A stretch of DNA of 64,000 nucleotides, taken from positions 42,098,001 to 42,162,000 of the forward strand of contig OX597817.1 in the NCBI GenBank assembly GCA_951406725.2, written 5' to 3'. Shown one piece after another: positions 1 to 13,489 of the stretch. Position 1 is the first letter of the stretch, and each line of letters begins with the position of its first letter. Made by a program: the position numbers and the translations under genes. Origin of the DNA: Octopus vulgaris. Lineage: Eukaryota. The notes beneath the pieces are model-generated. The model was not told the origin of the DNA and ran no database searches. It saw only the letters and a program-made list of their open reading frames with translations.

Positions 1-602
1 GAAATAGTAGCCAAATCTTTGGAAGTGAGATGTGTTGAATGCACTCGAAAAAACCTATGGAAAAAAATTATTTCACACTGAAGTTATTTTTTAAATAGGC
101 CAAAAAATTTTATAATGTTATTCAGTTGAAAATAATTCAAAAAGACATTAAAATATTGTCTGTTTAAAGAAAGCTAAAATATAAATACCTACTGTACAAA
201 GAACTTACATTTTTGAAATCACGTTCACTTAAAAATATTTCTAAAGGATTAAAATATTGTGTTTAACAAAAGCAAAAATAGAAACATTTACTGTAAAAAA
301 CAAATCATATTTTTTTGTTATCAAGTCACTGTGTTTAATCAAAGGGTAAGAGTTTCTTCTCTTTCAGGGTTAAGTTATTTTCAGAGAATTTTCTCATTAT
401 GTACTGTTTGGGTTATCTATACCCCCAAATCCCCTAATATCTCAATAAGCAGTTGTCCAATTTATGCAAAATTTGTTTTATTCTGTTTGTATTCACATTT
501 CAGGGGCAACTTAATTCATAATATTTTCCCATTATGCACCAGTTCGGCTGGGTAACATTTCAAGCAAGCAAGCAAGATTCAAGCTCACTTTCAATGTATT
601 AT

Positions 603-644
<42 letters not shown>

Positions 645-645
<1 letters not shown>

Positions 646-800
646 CTGATGGGTGTCTTTAAAGATTTTGCTCACTGAATTCACTCACAAGGTTTTGGTT
701 AGCCTAGGGCTATAGCAGAAGATAATTGCCCGAGGTGCCATTTAATGGGACTGAACCCAAAATCACATTGCTATGAAACTGTCTATCTTAACTAAGCAGC
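645..800 (-). mobile_element. tRNA-derived SINE family B (CORE-like), decayed 5' fragment
   Basis: Reverse complement matches the head of fuller copies at 38633 and 45928 (ggttcagtcccA..ggcacct.gggcaa..tcttct.ctatagcc). Confidence 0.6.
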
Positions 801-1554
801 CAAATTTGATCAGCTGTGTCACTATTAATTACCCAGTGAAATTCATGAGTTTATAAAATTTTCTATCCTAAGGGGAGAAAAGAAAAAGAATCTGTTGTTT
901 TGAGATTTTTCCTTTATCTCAGAGAGAAAAACATCCTTGGATGTTGATGGAGTTTTCAGTAGGGTTGCAGTGACAAATGGAAAAAAAATTTGGTTGAAAG
1001 TTTTTTGTTATCACTTCCAGATGAAGGGTCATTTCCCAATCAGCAGAATCCATTTCTCTCAACAACATAAGAACTTATTCGAAAACTCAAAAATTTCACA
1101 ACATTAAGACTAACTCTTCAAATAGTGCTCCTGTGACCAAATGAATAATGGGATATTTATTCCATTCTAGCTATGCTGGAGAAAGTATCCCAGCTATGAT
1201 GGATAGTATATGAAATAAAACTGGATAAAGATTATAAAGTTATACTCCAGGGAATAATAAATTAATCTGAAGACCAACAAAAACAAAACATATCTCTATT
1301 AAAATTTTTGCATTAATCACGTCTATTTTTCTTGATAATGTCTGGACATTCATCTCAATATTTTGCCCAAATAAATAAATAAATGAATAAATAAATAAAT
1401 GTCTTCATTTGTTAGTGTGAGGAAAAGAGAAAGTACACACACACACACACACACACTACTTGTTATTAGTAAAAGTAGGATTACCAAGACTGTTAGGCTA
1501 ATAATGAAAACGGTAGCAGAGCGAGAATACAAAAGGCATGCTAATGAAGGAAAG

Positions 1555-1870
1555 TAGTGGTGGTGGTGGTGGTGCTGGTGGTGCTGGTGCTAGTGGTGTT
1601 GGTGCTGCTGCTGGTGGTGGTGGTGCTGGTGGTGAGGGTGATGGTGAGTGGGAAACAAGTACAGTAACGAAAAAAAGTTGATGAATGTAGGATCTAATTA
1701 CTACTACTACTACTATTACCACCACCACCACTACTAACACCACCACTGCTGCCACCACCATCACCACCACATCTACTGAGTGATGGTGGTGATAATTATG
1801 ATGATGATCATGATGGCGATGGGCATTGTAAGTATTGTTGTTGGTGGTGGTGATGATGATAGTGGTGGTA
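1555..1870. repeat. Compound triplet microsatellite (GGT/GCT, then CTA/CCA, GAT)
   Basis: Directly visible; explains the poly-V and poly-P ORF 1498-1770. Confidence 0.85.
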
Positions 1871-2008
1871 AATATTCCTGATATCCATTATATTATTGGT
1901 TGGTAACGATGCCTATTGTTTCATAATGGAGGGAGGTGGGGGTAGGGCAAACCATGGATCAACTCTGCTGAAAGCACACCTGTTGTACAGAATGCAGGAC
2001 TACTAACA

Positions 2009-2200
2009 TTTCTAGCCATGATTATTAGAGCTGTATTGTCTTTACACTACTACAACTGCCATCACCAACCACCAAGAACGGGTAGTTTATTAATTATTTT
2101 GGATTTTGGCACAAGGCTAGTCTTGTGGTGATGTTGGTGCTATGGATGAGAATTGTGGTTGTGTTAAGACAATATAACTCTTAATAGCCATGGCTAGAAA
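2009..2200. repeat. Imperfect inverted repeat (arms ~2009-2077 and ~2121-2200)
   Basis: tttctagccatgattattagagctgtattgtctttacactac versus reverse complement of the right arm, tttctagccatggctattaagagttatattgtcttaacacaac. Confidence 0.75.
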
Positions 2201-2606
2201 AGCTCGTTGACCTGTATTCTGTACATCAACCCCAGTATTCAACTGGTACTTAACTTATCGACCCCCCACCCAAAAAAAAGAATGAAAGGCAAAGACAACC
2301 TCGGTGGAATTTGAACTCAGACCATAATCCTTTCTATTATAGGCACAAGGCATGAAATTTGGGGGACGGTGCCAGTCGATTAGATTGACCCCAGTATGCA
2401 ACTGGTACTTAATTTATCGATCCTGAAAAGATGAAAGGCAAAATTGACCTTGGCAGAATTTGAACCCAAAATGTAGCAACAGGTGAAATACCGCTAAGCA
2501 TTTTGTCCAGTATGCTAACAATTCTGCCAGCTCACTGCCATAGAACACAGAACATAAAACCTTTATTTTTCCATTACTGAGTTTATATGATTTGCTTGAT
2601 GTGTAA

Positions 2607-2674
<68 letters not shown>

Positions 2675-3320
2675 GCCCTATTGTAGTACCAGACACTGGA
2701 ACATAAAGACAGAGGAAATGCTGCTAAGCATTTTGCCTTGGATGCTAACAATTCTGCCAGCTTGCTGCCTTAATGATGATGAGAAGGAGGGGGGGAGGAG
2801 AAGAAGAAGAAGAAGAAGAAGAAGAAGAAGAAGAAGAAGAAGAAGAAGAAGAAGAAGAAGAAGAAGAAGAAGAAGAAGAAGAAGAAGAAGAAGAAGGAGA
2901 AAAATTTTGGCACAAGGCCAGCAATTTCGGAGGCTAGGTCGATTATGTTGACTCCAGTGTCTCACTGGTACTTAATTTATCCAGCCTAAAAGGATGAAAG
3001 GCAATGTCAACCTCAGCAGAATTTGAACTCAGGAACGTGCTGATAGATGAAATGCTGCTAAGCATTTAACCTGGTGTGTTAATGATTCTGCCAGCTTGCC
3101 ACCTTAATAATAATAATAATAATAATCCTTTCTACTAAAGCCACAAGGCCTGAAATTTTGTGGGGAGGGAACCAGTCAGTTACTTCGACCCCAGTGTTTC
3201 ACTGGTTCTTAATGTAGCGGCCTGAAAGGATGAAAAGCAAAGTCGAGTTCAGCAGAATTTGAACTCAGAACATAGCTACGGGCAAAATACTGGTAAGCAT
3301 TTTGTCCAGCATGCTAATGG
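2103..3320 (-). mobile_element. Cluster of ~5 SINE family A copies or fragments, separated by (TAA)n and (GAA)n
   Basis: Repeated gaccccagt..actggtacttaatttatcga..aggatgaaaggcaaagtcgacct..gaatttgaactcag; the minus strand has A-box-like tggcagaa and B-box gagttcaaattcc. The core resembles the Meta-type SINE domain (recollection). Confidence 0.85.
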
Positions 3321-3340
3321 TCATTAACAATAATGATAAT

Positions 3341-3760
3341 CATCATCATCATCATCATTTAATGTCCGTTGTTCATGCTGGCATGGGTTGGGTGGTTTGA
3401 CCAGGGCTGGTAAGCTGTGGAGCTGCACCAGACCCCAGTCTCATTTGGTGTGATTTCTACAGTTGGATACCCTTCCTGACACCAACCACTCCAAGAGTGT
3501 AATGGGGCCATTCAAGAATTTGGACCTGGAGATCTCCATTTCCAGCGACTTCGAGGGCCACCTCCCAGTGGTGTTGGGCGTCAACGAAGAGCCCTCGGCT
3601 ACAACAAGACGACCAAAGTTTTTTTTTTTTTTCCAAGGTCTGGAATCTCCCAGCCCTAAGCCCTAAACCATAACCTAATCACCCTTACCCATCTTGTTAC
3701 TTAACAACAAGGGTGTAATGGGTGCTTTTACATGCCAACAACATGGGTGCCAGTTGCATA
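3341..3760 (-). mobile_element. Solo RTE 3' tail interrupted by a ~200 bp insertion
   Basis: catcatcatttaatgtccg..catgctggcatgggttgg..ggatacccttcctgacaccaaccactcc matches the tails of the RTEs at 18622 and 33613. Insert 3507-3707 is flanked by caag(a/g)gtgtaatggg. Confidence 0.7.
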
Positions 3761-3952
3761 ATCCTTACTTCTATAGGCACAAGGCTTGAAATTTTATAGG
3801 GAATGGAATAGTCGAAATATGGAATAAATTACCTGCATCAGTTGTTAGCTGTCATGAAACTGCATTCTTTAAAAATTCCATACTTCCTGAAATTCACCAA
3901 TGCCTCTCTACATCTCATCACCTCTGGCATGGTCAACTCCAACCTATCTACA

Positions 3953-4181
3953 TTAATCCTTTCGTTACCAACCCAGCTGAAATCGACTCTGGTTCTGTAG
4001 TACAAATATCTTGTTTTCATAAGTTTTGAATTAAAATCTTCCACCAAACCTTAGTCACAATTTATGTTCCTAACACTAGTTTAATGATAACTAAGATATT
4101 TTACTAAATTCTTTGTTATATTTAAAGTAATTGAAAGAAACACAGAGCATCTCAACAGAAATATGATAACAAAAGGGTTAA
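3953..4181. mobile_element. piggyBac-type MITE, copy 1
   Basis: TTAA-tcctttcgttacc ... gataacaaaaggg-TTAA termini; near-identical to the adjacent copy. Confidence 0.8.
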
Positions 4182-4193
4182 CAAATGACTAAT

Positions 4194-4421
4194 TTAACCC
4201 TTTTGATACCAACCTGGCTGAAACCAGCTCTGGCTCTGAGTACAAATGTCTTGTTTTCATAAGTTTTGAATTAAAATCTTCCACCAAACCTTAGTCACAA
4301 TTTATGTTCCTAACACTAGCTTAATGATAACTAAGTTATTTTTCTAAATTCATTGTTATATTTAAAATAGTTGAAAGAAACACAGAGCATCTCCAAATAA
4401 ATATGATAACAAAAGGGTTAA
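4194..4421. mobile_element. piggyBac-type MITE, copy 2
   Basis: TTAA-cccttttgatacc ... gataacaaaaggg-TTAA; direct repeat of 3953-4181. Confidence 0.85.
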
Positions 4422-4512
4422 ACATTATGTCCAATCCTTCTTCCCCAGAACATCCACCATTTCAAATCTCCTTCCCACTTGTGTTGTTTCTTCAGATGTT
4501 GACCTGCAAAAG

Positions 4513-4746
4513 TTTAACACTTTAGCATCTAAATTACTCTGTCAACTGTAATGATTATGGAATGTTTATTTAGCCACATTGCTTTGAATTAATCAAGCAT
4601 TATCTCATAGCTTCAAGATTTCAATGATGTGATTGTTTCTTAAGAATGACGCTGCTGAGGAGATGGGAAAGGTTGAATCTAACCAGTCTGAATACAAAAT
4701 GAGTGGAATATTTAGGTCTGATATGGCTGATTTGAACGCTAAAAGG
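4513..4746. mobile_element. Decayed second piggyBac-type MITE
   Basis: ttaacactttagcatctaa ... ttgaacgctaaaaggg imperfect TIR; right TTAA lost. Confidence 0.4.
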
Positions 4747-4899
4747 GCCATTATGAGCATTAATCTCATCATCTTCAGGAGGATGGAGTGACTAGAAAGT
4801 TCATAAGTCTCTATCCCTTCCTTCAAACTCAGCAAGTAAAAGAATCATACAACTTATAATTTGCTATGAAGGTAGTTTTATATAATTCAATGCTGATCC

Positions 4900-5030
4900 A
4901 GTTTCAAACATGTTGTAGTTTCAAACATGTAGTAGTTTCAAATATGTGGTAGTTTCAAACATGTAGCAGTCTCAAACACGTATCAGTTTCAAAACATGTA
5001 GCAGTTTCGAACATGTAGCAGTTTCAAACA
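4900..5030. repeat. Minisatellite, ~17-bp unit gtttcaaacatgtagca, ~8 copies
   Basis: Directly visible tandem array. Confidence 0.9.
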
Positions 5031-5285
5031 TTCAGCAAAGTTTCACTTTTTGTAAAACAAATTTTCTGATACATTTTCATCAAACTTAGGACAGGTGGCA
5101 TAACTTCCAACAGTCAGACAGATCAATGCAAGATTCACAACATCTGTATCTTTCTATAGAACATTCTAAACATTTTCTGGAATTTTCCATTTGCAGTACT
5201 TCTCCAGCCTGAAAAATATTCCCATAATAGAAGACGTCAGATATCAGAATTTTGGATAAATGACTATCAGAACTTCTGCAGTTAA

Positions 5286-6011
5286 CCCCTTAATGGATCA
5301 ATTATTTTGACATGGCATTTCATTTCAGATCATATATTTTAATTTCCTTTTTTAATTATATACACTGTGTTAATTACAAAAAAAAAAGTTTTTTATCTTG
5401 TTTTCTTTATTGCTTTTAAATCAAAGGAACATTTTTAAAAAATGAGTTTATTTATAATGATAATTTTTAAAACAAGGAGTTACACACAAATTTATCTTGC
5501 AGACATCACGCATGTATCTGCTTTCTCTTCAAATCTTCTTTCCTTTAGCGTCTCTCTTCTCTGCAAATTTTGCACACTATCTTGTAGGGTTCTTTTTCTT
5601 ATCACTTGGTGGTATTTCCATGGAAAAGTGACCAGCTGGGGCAAATCTTGTTGGATGTAGGATCGATGATGGTCTTCCTGGTTTCGTGGGAGGCAATAAG
5701 GGCCTATATTTTTCAATAATCTTGGTGATTATTTGCTTTCTAAATTTCAGCATTTTCATAGCAGAAGCTGAAGTTTCCAAAGATGCTTTATACACAACAT
5801 AAGCATTCCAGATAGCCAAATCCATCAAATTTTCTTTTTTTCTTTTAAAAATGCGAGTAAATTTGTGATTGCTCAAAAATGAAACAACACAAAACAAATA
5901 AACTCATTTGAGTGTTAAAATTAAAAGTTAATTTTGACTGAGTATACTCATCTGGTTCTAAAAAGATACATTTGTGATGTATGAGTAAACTCGGGATAAT
6001 CCATTAAGGGG
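5286..6011 (-). mobile_element. Internally deleted piggyBac element with C-terminal transposase remnant
   Basis: TTAA TSDs (5282-5285, 6012-6015), TIR CCCCTTAATGGAT/ATCCATTAAGGGG. Minus frame reads DLAIWNAYVVYK..LKFRKQII..GHF..PTR*CAK..RESRYMRDVCKINLCVTPCFKNYH (decayed Cys-rich domain, two stops). Confidence 0.92.
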
Positions 6012-6015
6012 TTAA

Positions 6016-6165
6016 ACCACTCTGTGAAGTGGTTGGTGTTGGGAAGGGCATCCAGCCATATAAACAATGCCAAAAACAGACGACTGGGTCATAGTGCAGC
6101 CCTCCAGGTTGCCAGCTTCTGTCAAACTATCCAACCCATGCCAGCATGGAAAATAGACATTGAAT
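6016..6165 (+). mobile_element. Solo RTE 3' tail
   Basis: gtggttggtgttgggaagggcatccagcc..tccaacccatgccagcatggaaaatagacatt. Confidence 0.75.
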
Positions 6166-6409
6166 GAGGAGGAGGAGGAGGAGGAAGTTTGTTATTGTTG
6201 TTGTTGTTTATTTTCTGGTCAATCCTTATGGAGTAAAACCAGAATTAAACACATTTCACCCTTTATCATGAGAGTAGTTTTTACAGCATCTGGCAGTCAT
6301 AATCTTTTATATTCTGAGATCAAATCTTGCCAAGTCATCCTAGCCTCTCATCATTCTGGGGTCAATATAATGAAATACAAATCAAGAGAGGATTAGTCCA
6401 CATAACTCC

Positions 6410-6640
6410 ATAAGGAGCATAGGGTCAGTTTTATGGTTTCTCTGGTACATATATTTTCCCTTGGACAGGACGTCGGTCAGTGACAGAGTTATTCATTTTT
6501 TATCAGCTACTAGAGTGGACTAGAGCTCTGTGAGATGAAGTCCTTTGCTCAAGGACACAACACCTCACCTGGTCCAAGAATAGAAACCACAATTTTACAA
6601 TTGTGAGTCCAACACCCTAACCACTAAGCCATGCACCTCC
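6410..6640 (-). mobile_element. tRNA-derived SINE family C (V-domain-like), decayed
   Basis: Minus head ggaggtgcatggcttagtggttagggtgttggactc..gtgttgtgtccttgagcaa, plus a V-like cgtcctgtcca motif. Confidence 0.55.
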
Positions 6641-7187
6641 ATTAATCAAGTACTGGGGTCAATTTAATAACCCTTCCTTCCTATAATGCATCACAGATGT
6701 GAAAGGAATTATAACAGAAGGTCATGTCCTTTACATAAATCTAGGACTGCATTATCCAGCTTTGGCCTTCTTGTTTTAAGCCCTCAGGATATAGTTTGAT
6801 GGAAATTGGTTGTTATTTCTAGCAAATTGAGTACCTGCTTAGAGGCTCTCTCAATGGTTCGTGATGATGACAATGATGATGACAACAATGGCAGTGGTAG
6901 AAAGTAGAAAGGGATATTAATGGTGCAGAAAACAATAATCACCAACTTCGTCATCAGACATTGATCTTCACAACAAAAGTAGCAGTTACATAGATTCTAA
7001 CTGACACCATTAAGCAAACTACTCAAAGAAAGTCATTTACAGAACATCTAATGACAATGCAGTTTTATTATCTTTTTCCTCTTCACCAAGTTAGAAACAG
7101 CACTAATGCAAGAGCAGAAAGATCAATTTGCTGCCAGCCTCCTAACACATTCATTACATGTCAATTCGGATTACTTCCCTTGGTTTC

Positions 7188-7331
7188 TCATTCCATGCCT
7201 GTGGCTATAATTTCTAATGCATTAGGCAACATCTGTGAATCCAATGGTTTTGTTTTGCTTTTTGTTATTAGCAAAGATACTTGGTTTTGCTCTTCGTCTT
7301 TAATTTTCTGTTGGTATTTTCGATGGTTTAT
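7188..7331 (-). CDS. Candidate terminal coding exon of an unidentified host gene: INHRKYQQKIKDEEQNQVSLLITKSKTKPLDSQMLPNALEIIATGME*
   Basis: AG acceptor (tatacag) then 47 open, non-repetitive codons to TGA at 7188-7190. No polypyrimidine tract; no transcript evidence. Confidence 0.3.
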   Translation of the reverse strand: MNHRKYQQKIKDEEQNQVSLLITKSKTKPLDSQMLPNALEIIATGME

Positions 7332-7421
7332 CTGTATATATATATATATATATATATTAATTTCTCATACTTAAACATCCACACTTACATGCATACATGT
7401 ACACACATGCACACACATGCA

Positions 7422-7456
<35 letters not shown>

Positions 7457-8127
7457 GTGTGTATATGTATATATATCATCATTTAACATTTGTATTCCAT
7501 ACTAGTATGAGTTGACAAGAATAAATATGTATATATGTGTGTGTTTGAGTGCATATGTATATACATATGAGTGTGTGTGCGTGTGTGTGTGTGTGTGTGT
7601 GTACGTATATATGTATGTATATGAGTCTGAATACAGACTTTCATACACTAGTATAGCGCACACACTTGCACACATACATGCACACATGCACACACACATT
7701 CAACATACACATGAGCCAAAAAGCAAGCCTTTATGTGGTCACTTGATCTACTAAAAACAGCTGTCAAATCTCCCTCAAATCACACGGCCACAGCATCCAC
7801 TCCATCACCCTTGTTTTAAATAAAGTATGGACACATTGATCCAAATTTAATTAATGGAATTTGTCGTAGCTGGAACACCGTTGATCATAAGATGGCTCAT
7901 CTGGGATTTACCTGGGGCTAAATAACAACAACAACTGCTAACAACTAGAAGTATGTACACACCATATATAATTTTACCCTTCCCCCATACCTTCACTCTT
8001 TGTCTCTTTCCATTTATCTTCAGACATTTTCCACCAGCTTACCATTACTAGCAAGTATTCTTTTAAGATAACCTTTTAAAATGTATCAAAAATAACATTA
8101 ATTTATTATAAATTTCTTTTATTTGAA

Positions 8128-8133
<6 letters not shown>

Positions 8134-8199
<66 letters not shown>

Positions 8200-8272
8200 T
8201 ACATACATATGTACATATATATATATATATACATACATATATATATATATATATACATATATACATACATAC

Positions 8273-8364
<92 letters not shown>

Positions 8365-8391
8365 GTACATATAGATATAGATATATATATA
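8134..8391. repeat. (TA)n/(TACA)n microsatellite
   Basis: Directly visible. Confidence 0.95.
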
Positions 8392-8929
8392 TTTCTTTTT
8401 GTGGAGAAGCAACATAAAAGCTTACACTCTGTTAGCTTTATTTAGCAAATTTCTTTCAAAAAATGCCATGGTGGAATTATTTATTTATTATTTTTTGTTA
8501 ATATTATTTCTTGTCTTTTTCTTTCTTTTTTTTTTGTTTTTGTTTTTGAGATTAACATCTTTGATTATCATAAAAAAAGAAGGGGAGAAAAACACAAGAC
8601 AAGAAAACTTCTAAAATTTTTCAGTTATTTTAGGGAAATAACTTCTGTCCCTCCATTGTCTTTATCTTCTAAGGAAATGATTATTTAACAACTAAAAAGA
8701 CAAAAATTAGTAGGACAGTATTGAAAAAAAGAAGAAAGAAGAGAAAATGCTCTGTAAATAAACTTAACAAGACAACGAGTAAAATGGCCATTAAATCGAG
8801 TTTATTTTGTGAAGGTTATGGAGATAGTGAAGACATCAAACTTGATGCACTCTCTCTACTTTTCTGCATCACATCCACATAGGGTATATGTGATAATAAT
8901 ACTAGCAAAATCTTCTCATGTCAATAGAC

Positions 8930-9748
<819 letters not shown>

Positions 9749-10498
9749 TTTTTTAATTGCAGCACAAGAACAAAGCCTCCCCACCAGAAATTACCAAAAA
9801 CATGTAATGAAAAGAAATATAACAAGTATCTGCAGAATATGTGGAGATGGACAAAAAACAATAAATCATATTATCTCTGGCTGCCCAGTCCTGGCTAAGA
9901 AGGAATATATTCACAGACATGACAGAGTTGGAACCTACATACACTGGAAGCTATGCCAACATTATGGAATAACAACAGAAAAAAGATGGTATAGGCACAC
10001 ACCAGAAAAGGTCACAGAAAACGAGAAAGCAACCATACTCTGGGATATGCCGATACACACAGATAGAGAAATTAAGGCCAACAGACCAGATATAGTTGTC
10101 AGAGATCATGAAGAAAAAAATGCTTTCTAATTGATGTATCAATACCGGCAGATGACAACATGTCTCTAAAAGAAATGGAGGAACTTTCAAAATACAAAAA
10201 CCTGGAAATAGAGGTAACCAGAATGTGGAATCTAAAAACAGAAACAATTCCTATCATAGTAGGTGCATTAGGCATGATAAAAAATATTCAGACAAATACA
10301 TAACAAAAACACCAGGACTTACAAATACATATAACATACAGAAAATTGCACTACTAGGCACTGCACACATCCTACGCAGAACACTTTCCATACAATAACC
10401 ATCAGAGCATCACAACAAATCACAGCACATACCCAAGGCACACAGAGCTGCGCTTGGTAGTGAAGTGAAAGCACGCTATAAAAAATAAAACTACTGAA
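9749..10498 (+). mobile_element. 5'-truncated R4/Dong-like RLE non-LTR retrotransposon in (TAA)n
   Basis: CRICG..HIISGC CCHC knuckle, RHD, RPD..LIDVSIP..KYK.L, PIIVGALG, GTAHILRRTL. Frameshift in the A-run near 10120. 3' end ctactgaa then (TAA)n. Confidence 0.9.
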
Positions 10499-10503
10499 TG
10501 ATG

Positions 10504-10616
<113 letters not shown>

Positions 10617-10643
10617 CATAATAACTATAATAATAATATAATA

Positions 10644-11094
10644 AGCAAATATTCTGCTCAATACCACAGATTTGCTTGTCAGTTGTTTGACCTTAACCAG
10701 TTGAGCATGTCCCTTAGTGGCTGACGATATGTGCATCTCTGATCACGAGCAGAAGTAGTGGGGGAGCATCATAGCCATGTGTTGAGAGGGATTCTTTGGG
10801 GTTTGAATAGTTCACCTCTGGAAACATGGGTGGTTCTTTCAACATCCTTAAACAACCCTTATTCAGGGACCGTTTGAGCGGGATGGGCTACTCAACCTGA
10901 AGAAAATTCTAACTGGGCCCCACCTGCAAGGTCATGTGCTGTTTATCTTGATATGAGATCACCATATAGCGCACATATGGTTGTGATGCATGTGCCTGGT
11001 GTACCTTTATCAGACGGGTAGTCATGATGGGTATATTGGGCTTCGTATATTTCACCCCAATGTCACTTTGATCGCATGAACTGCTCTCTCACTC
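10644..11094 (+). mobile_element. Family X, longest copy (~450 bp), flanked by (TAA)n on both sides
   Basis: Shares its 3' end with three shorter copies; no recognisable ORF. Confidence 0.8.
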
Positions 11095-11152
11095 AATAAT
11101 AATAATAATAATAATAATGAGGAGGAGGAGGATAATAATGATAATAATAATG

Positions 11153-11203
<51 letters not shown>

Positions 11204-11213
11204 GTAGTAGTAG

Positions 11214-11311
11214 TGGTGTACTCTTATCAGATGGGTGGTCATGATGGGTATACTGGGCATCATATATTTTACCCCAGTGTCACTTTGATGGCATGCACTG
11301 CTCTCTCACTC
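11214..11311 (+). mobile_element. Family X, short 3' fragment
   Basis: tggtgtactcttatcagatgggtggtcatgatggg..ctctctcactc-aataat. Confidence 0.8.
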
Positions 11312-11379
11312 AATAATAATAATAATACAGTTCTGTAAATAATGTAAATAATAATGATGATGATGGTGATGTTGATGTT

Positions 11380-11565
11380 CAAATTTTGGCACAAGGCAGG
11401 CAATCTCAGCAGTAGGGGTAATTCAATTACATCAACACCAGTATTCAACTGGTACTTATTTCATCGTCCCCAGAAGGATGAAAGGCAAAGTCAAACTCAG
11501 GGGAATTTGAACTCAGAATCTATGGATGGACGAGATGTCACTAACAATTCTGCCAGCTCATCACC
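11380..11565 (-). mobile_element. SINE family A, decayed
   Basis: aattttggcacaaggc..aaggatgaaaggcaaagtc..gaatttgaactcag..ttctgccagctc. Confidence 0.75.
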
Positions 11566-11587
11566 TAATAATGATAATAATAATGTA

Positions 11588-12110
11588 CAGAATAGACAAC
11601 AGTATCGGCCGCGACAAACGCAGAATGTGTGGTGAAATGGTATGGCAAATCATTAGTGGATGCTTGAAATTGGCACAACAGGAATACAAAAGATGCCATG
11701 ACAATGTGACAAGAATGATCCATTGGGAGCTCTGTGGAAATCAAGGCCTACAAAGAGCAAAGACGTGGTATGAGAAAACCCCAGAAGTCACTGAGAATGA
11801 GAATTGAAAAATCCTGTGGGATGCAATGATTCAGTGTGATCACTGGAAACCGGACATGTCAATGACTAAGGTACAATCATCTGGGATATGCTTGTTCAAA
11901 CTGACAAAGGAATAAAAGTTAATCACCCAGGTATGATAATCAAGGGTTGGAGTTCCTTCTGACCAAAATATTGCTCAAAAGAAGTGGAGAAATGATCATA
12001 GTACAAAGATCTCGAAATTGAAGTATTCAAGATGCTGGGGCATGAAGGTGAAAACACTACCAGAAATAATTGGAGCACAAAAAAAAAAAACATAAACAAA
12101 AACGTTGAAA
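11588..12110 (+). pseudogene. Older RLE retrotransposon fragments (apparently two fused pieces)
   Basis: RMCGE..IISGCLKLAQQEYKRCHDNV..IHWELC..WYEKTPE..ILWD, then a second IIWD..QTDKGIK and YKDLEIE segment. Starts next to (TAA)n. Confidence 0.75.
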
Positions 12111-12882
12111 AATTTTATTGGCTAAATTTTGGGTCATGTTATTTAGAATTTATTCATACAAGTAGAGTCTTGTAAATAGGTGTATATTTCTAGGTGTGTC
12201 CAGTTCAAGTAATGGAATTGTTTTTTAGTGATTCACAATGAGGATGTAAGTAGATATAGGAGGGTTTTTTTCAGTCAGTGGATGAGCCAGCAGTTTTAAT
12301 TATTTTTTAGTTTTATTGGATTTTATCCTTTGCTTTGACAATGAAAAGATCAAAGTTCAAAGTCCAGTATTTCAAAATTTAGTAATTGTTTGTGTCAAAC
12401 TTTTTTGTAATGGAATTTTTTACTGGTTCACAAAAGAATGTAAGCAAGTGGTATGTTTTAGCTGGTCAGTTTCATTGTTGTTAATTAGAGTATTTCCTGT
12501 TTGTATTTGAAAGGTGAGGGTTATTAACAGGACATGTCATGGTGTTGTTAGTATAGAAATTTATTTATCTTGTGCTTTGATGTTCACAAAAAACATGTGC
12601 ATAGATGTAAAGATTGTTGGTTTGCATGTTTCTCTCCAGGGGTTCATTTATCTAAAGCAGTGCTCTGCAACCACAACCAGTATTTCCTTGTAACTACTGT
12701 TACTGAGAGCTTTTGCTTTTTCTGGAGTTTCTACTTCATTTAGAATTTTTTACATTGGAAGATAAAGATGAATGTGTAAGAGAAATGTTCTTTACTAAGC
12801 TTTTGACAATGCTTTTGGGGCTGGTTGGATTCTCTATGTATATGCTGAACTTTTGCGTTACCTTTCTTGTGGGGTTTATATA

Positions 12883-13489
12883 CAGGGTTGGCCAAAAGTT
12901 ACCCCGACAGTAAATCAAAATTCCATAAATACTTAATATTCATTTTTATTTGTTCATTTGGAAAAATGCTGTCACTTCAGTTTGAACAATTTCCATGATG
13001 TTTCATATTTAAATACTACTAGCAGTATCGCCCGGTGTTGCTCAGGTTTGTAAGGGAAATAACTATAAAGCATTTTTAGAGAGTTATAGCCAAAAAAATA
13101 GCAAAAAAATGGAAAAAAAATTATGCTAAATTTTTTTGAGAGTTAAAAAGGTCGAGTTGCGTCCCCTAGACAGTCTGTGGTTTGTGTTTCTAATTCTCGA
13201 CCCCATGTCGAATTTATCGATTTTTTTCAGAACTGGGGAACTTTTCAAGATTTTCACTGCATTAGTTTTGAATTATGACATTGGGCTATGTGTGTGTCAA
13301 GTTTCATTAGAATCGGTTGAAAGCCGTGGTCAGGGTGAGGGTACAACCAAACAGACACACAGAAACACACACAGACAAACTGCCGTTTATATAGAGAGAG
13401 ATTATTAAATTCATTCAGTTGTTAAACATAAATAAATCTTGGAATTAAATGCTTTTGGCTTACTGTCAGGTGACTTTCGGCCAACTCTG
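12883..13489. mobile_element. Tc1/mariner-type MITE inserted in the Penelope-like element
   Basis: TA TSDs; TIR cagggttggccaaaagttaccccgacagtaa / ttactgtcaggtgactttcggccaactctg. Confidence 0.85.
13019..13401 (-). mobile_element. Non-autonomous Helitron nested in the MITE
   Basis: Minus strand A|TCtctctctatataa ... subterminal hairpin cctgagcaacaccggg ... CTAG|T; A/T target with no TSD. Confidence 0.85.

Noticed and set aside
12644-12646. TGA near the CxC..CPL motif as a selenocysteine codon (as in Naiad-type PLEs)
   Set aside because: The TGA is out of frame with the flanking motifs and the copy is too decayed; a family consensus would be needed.
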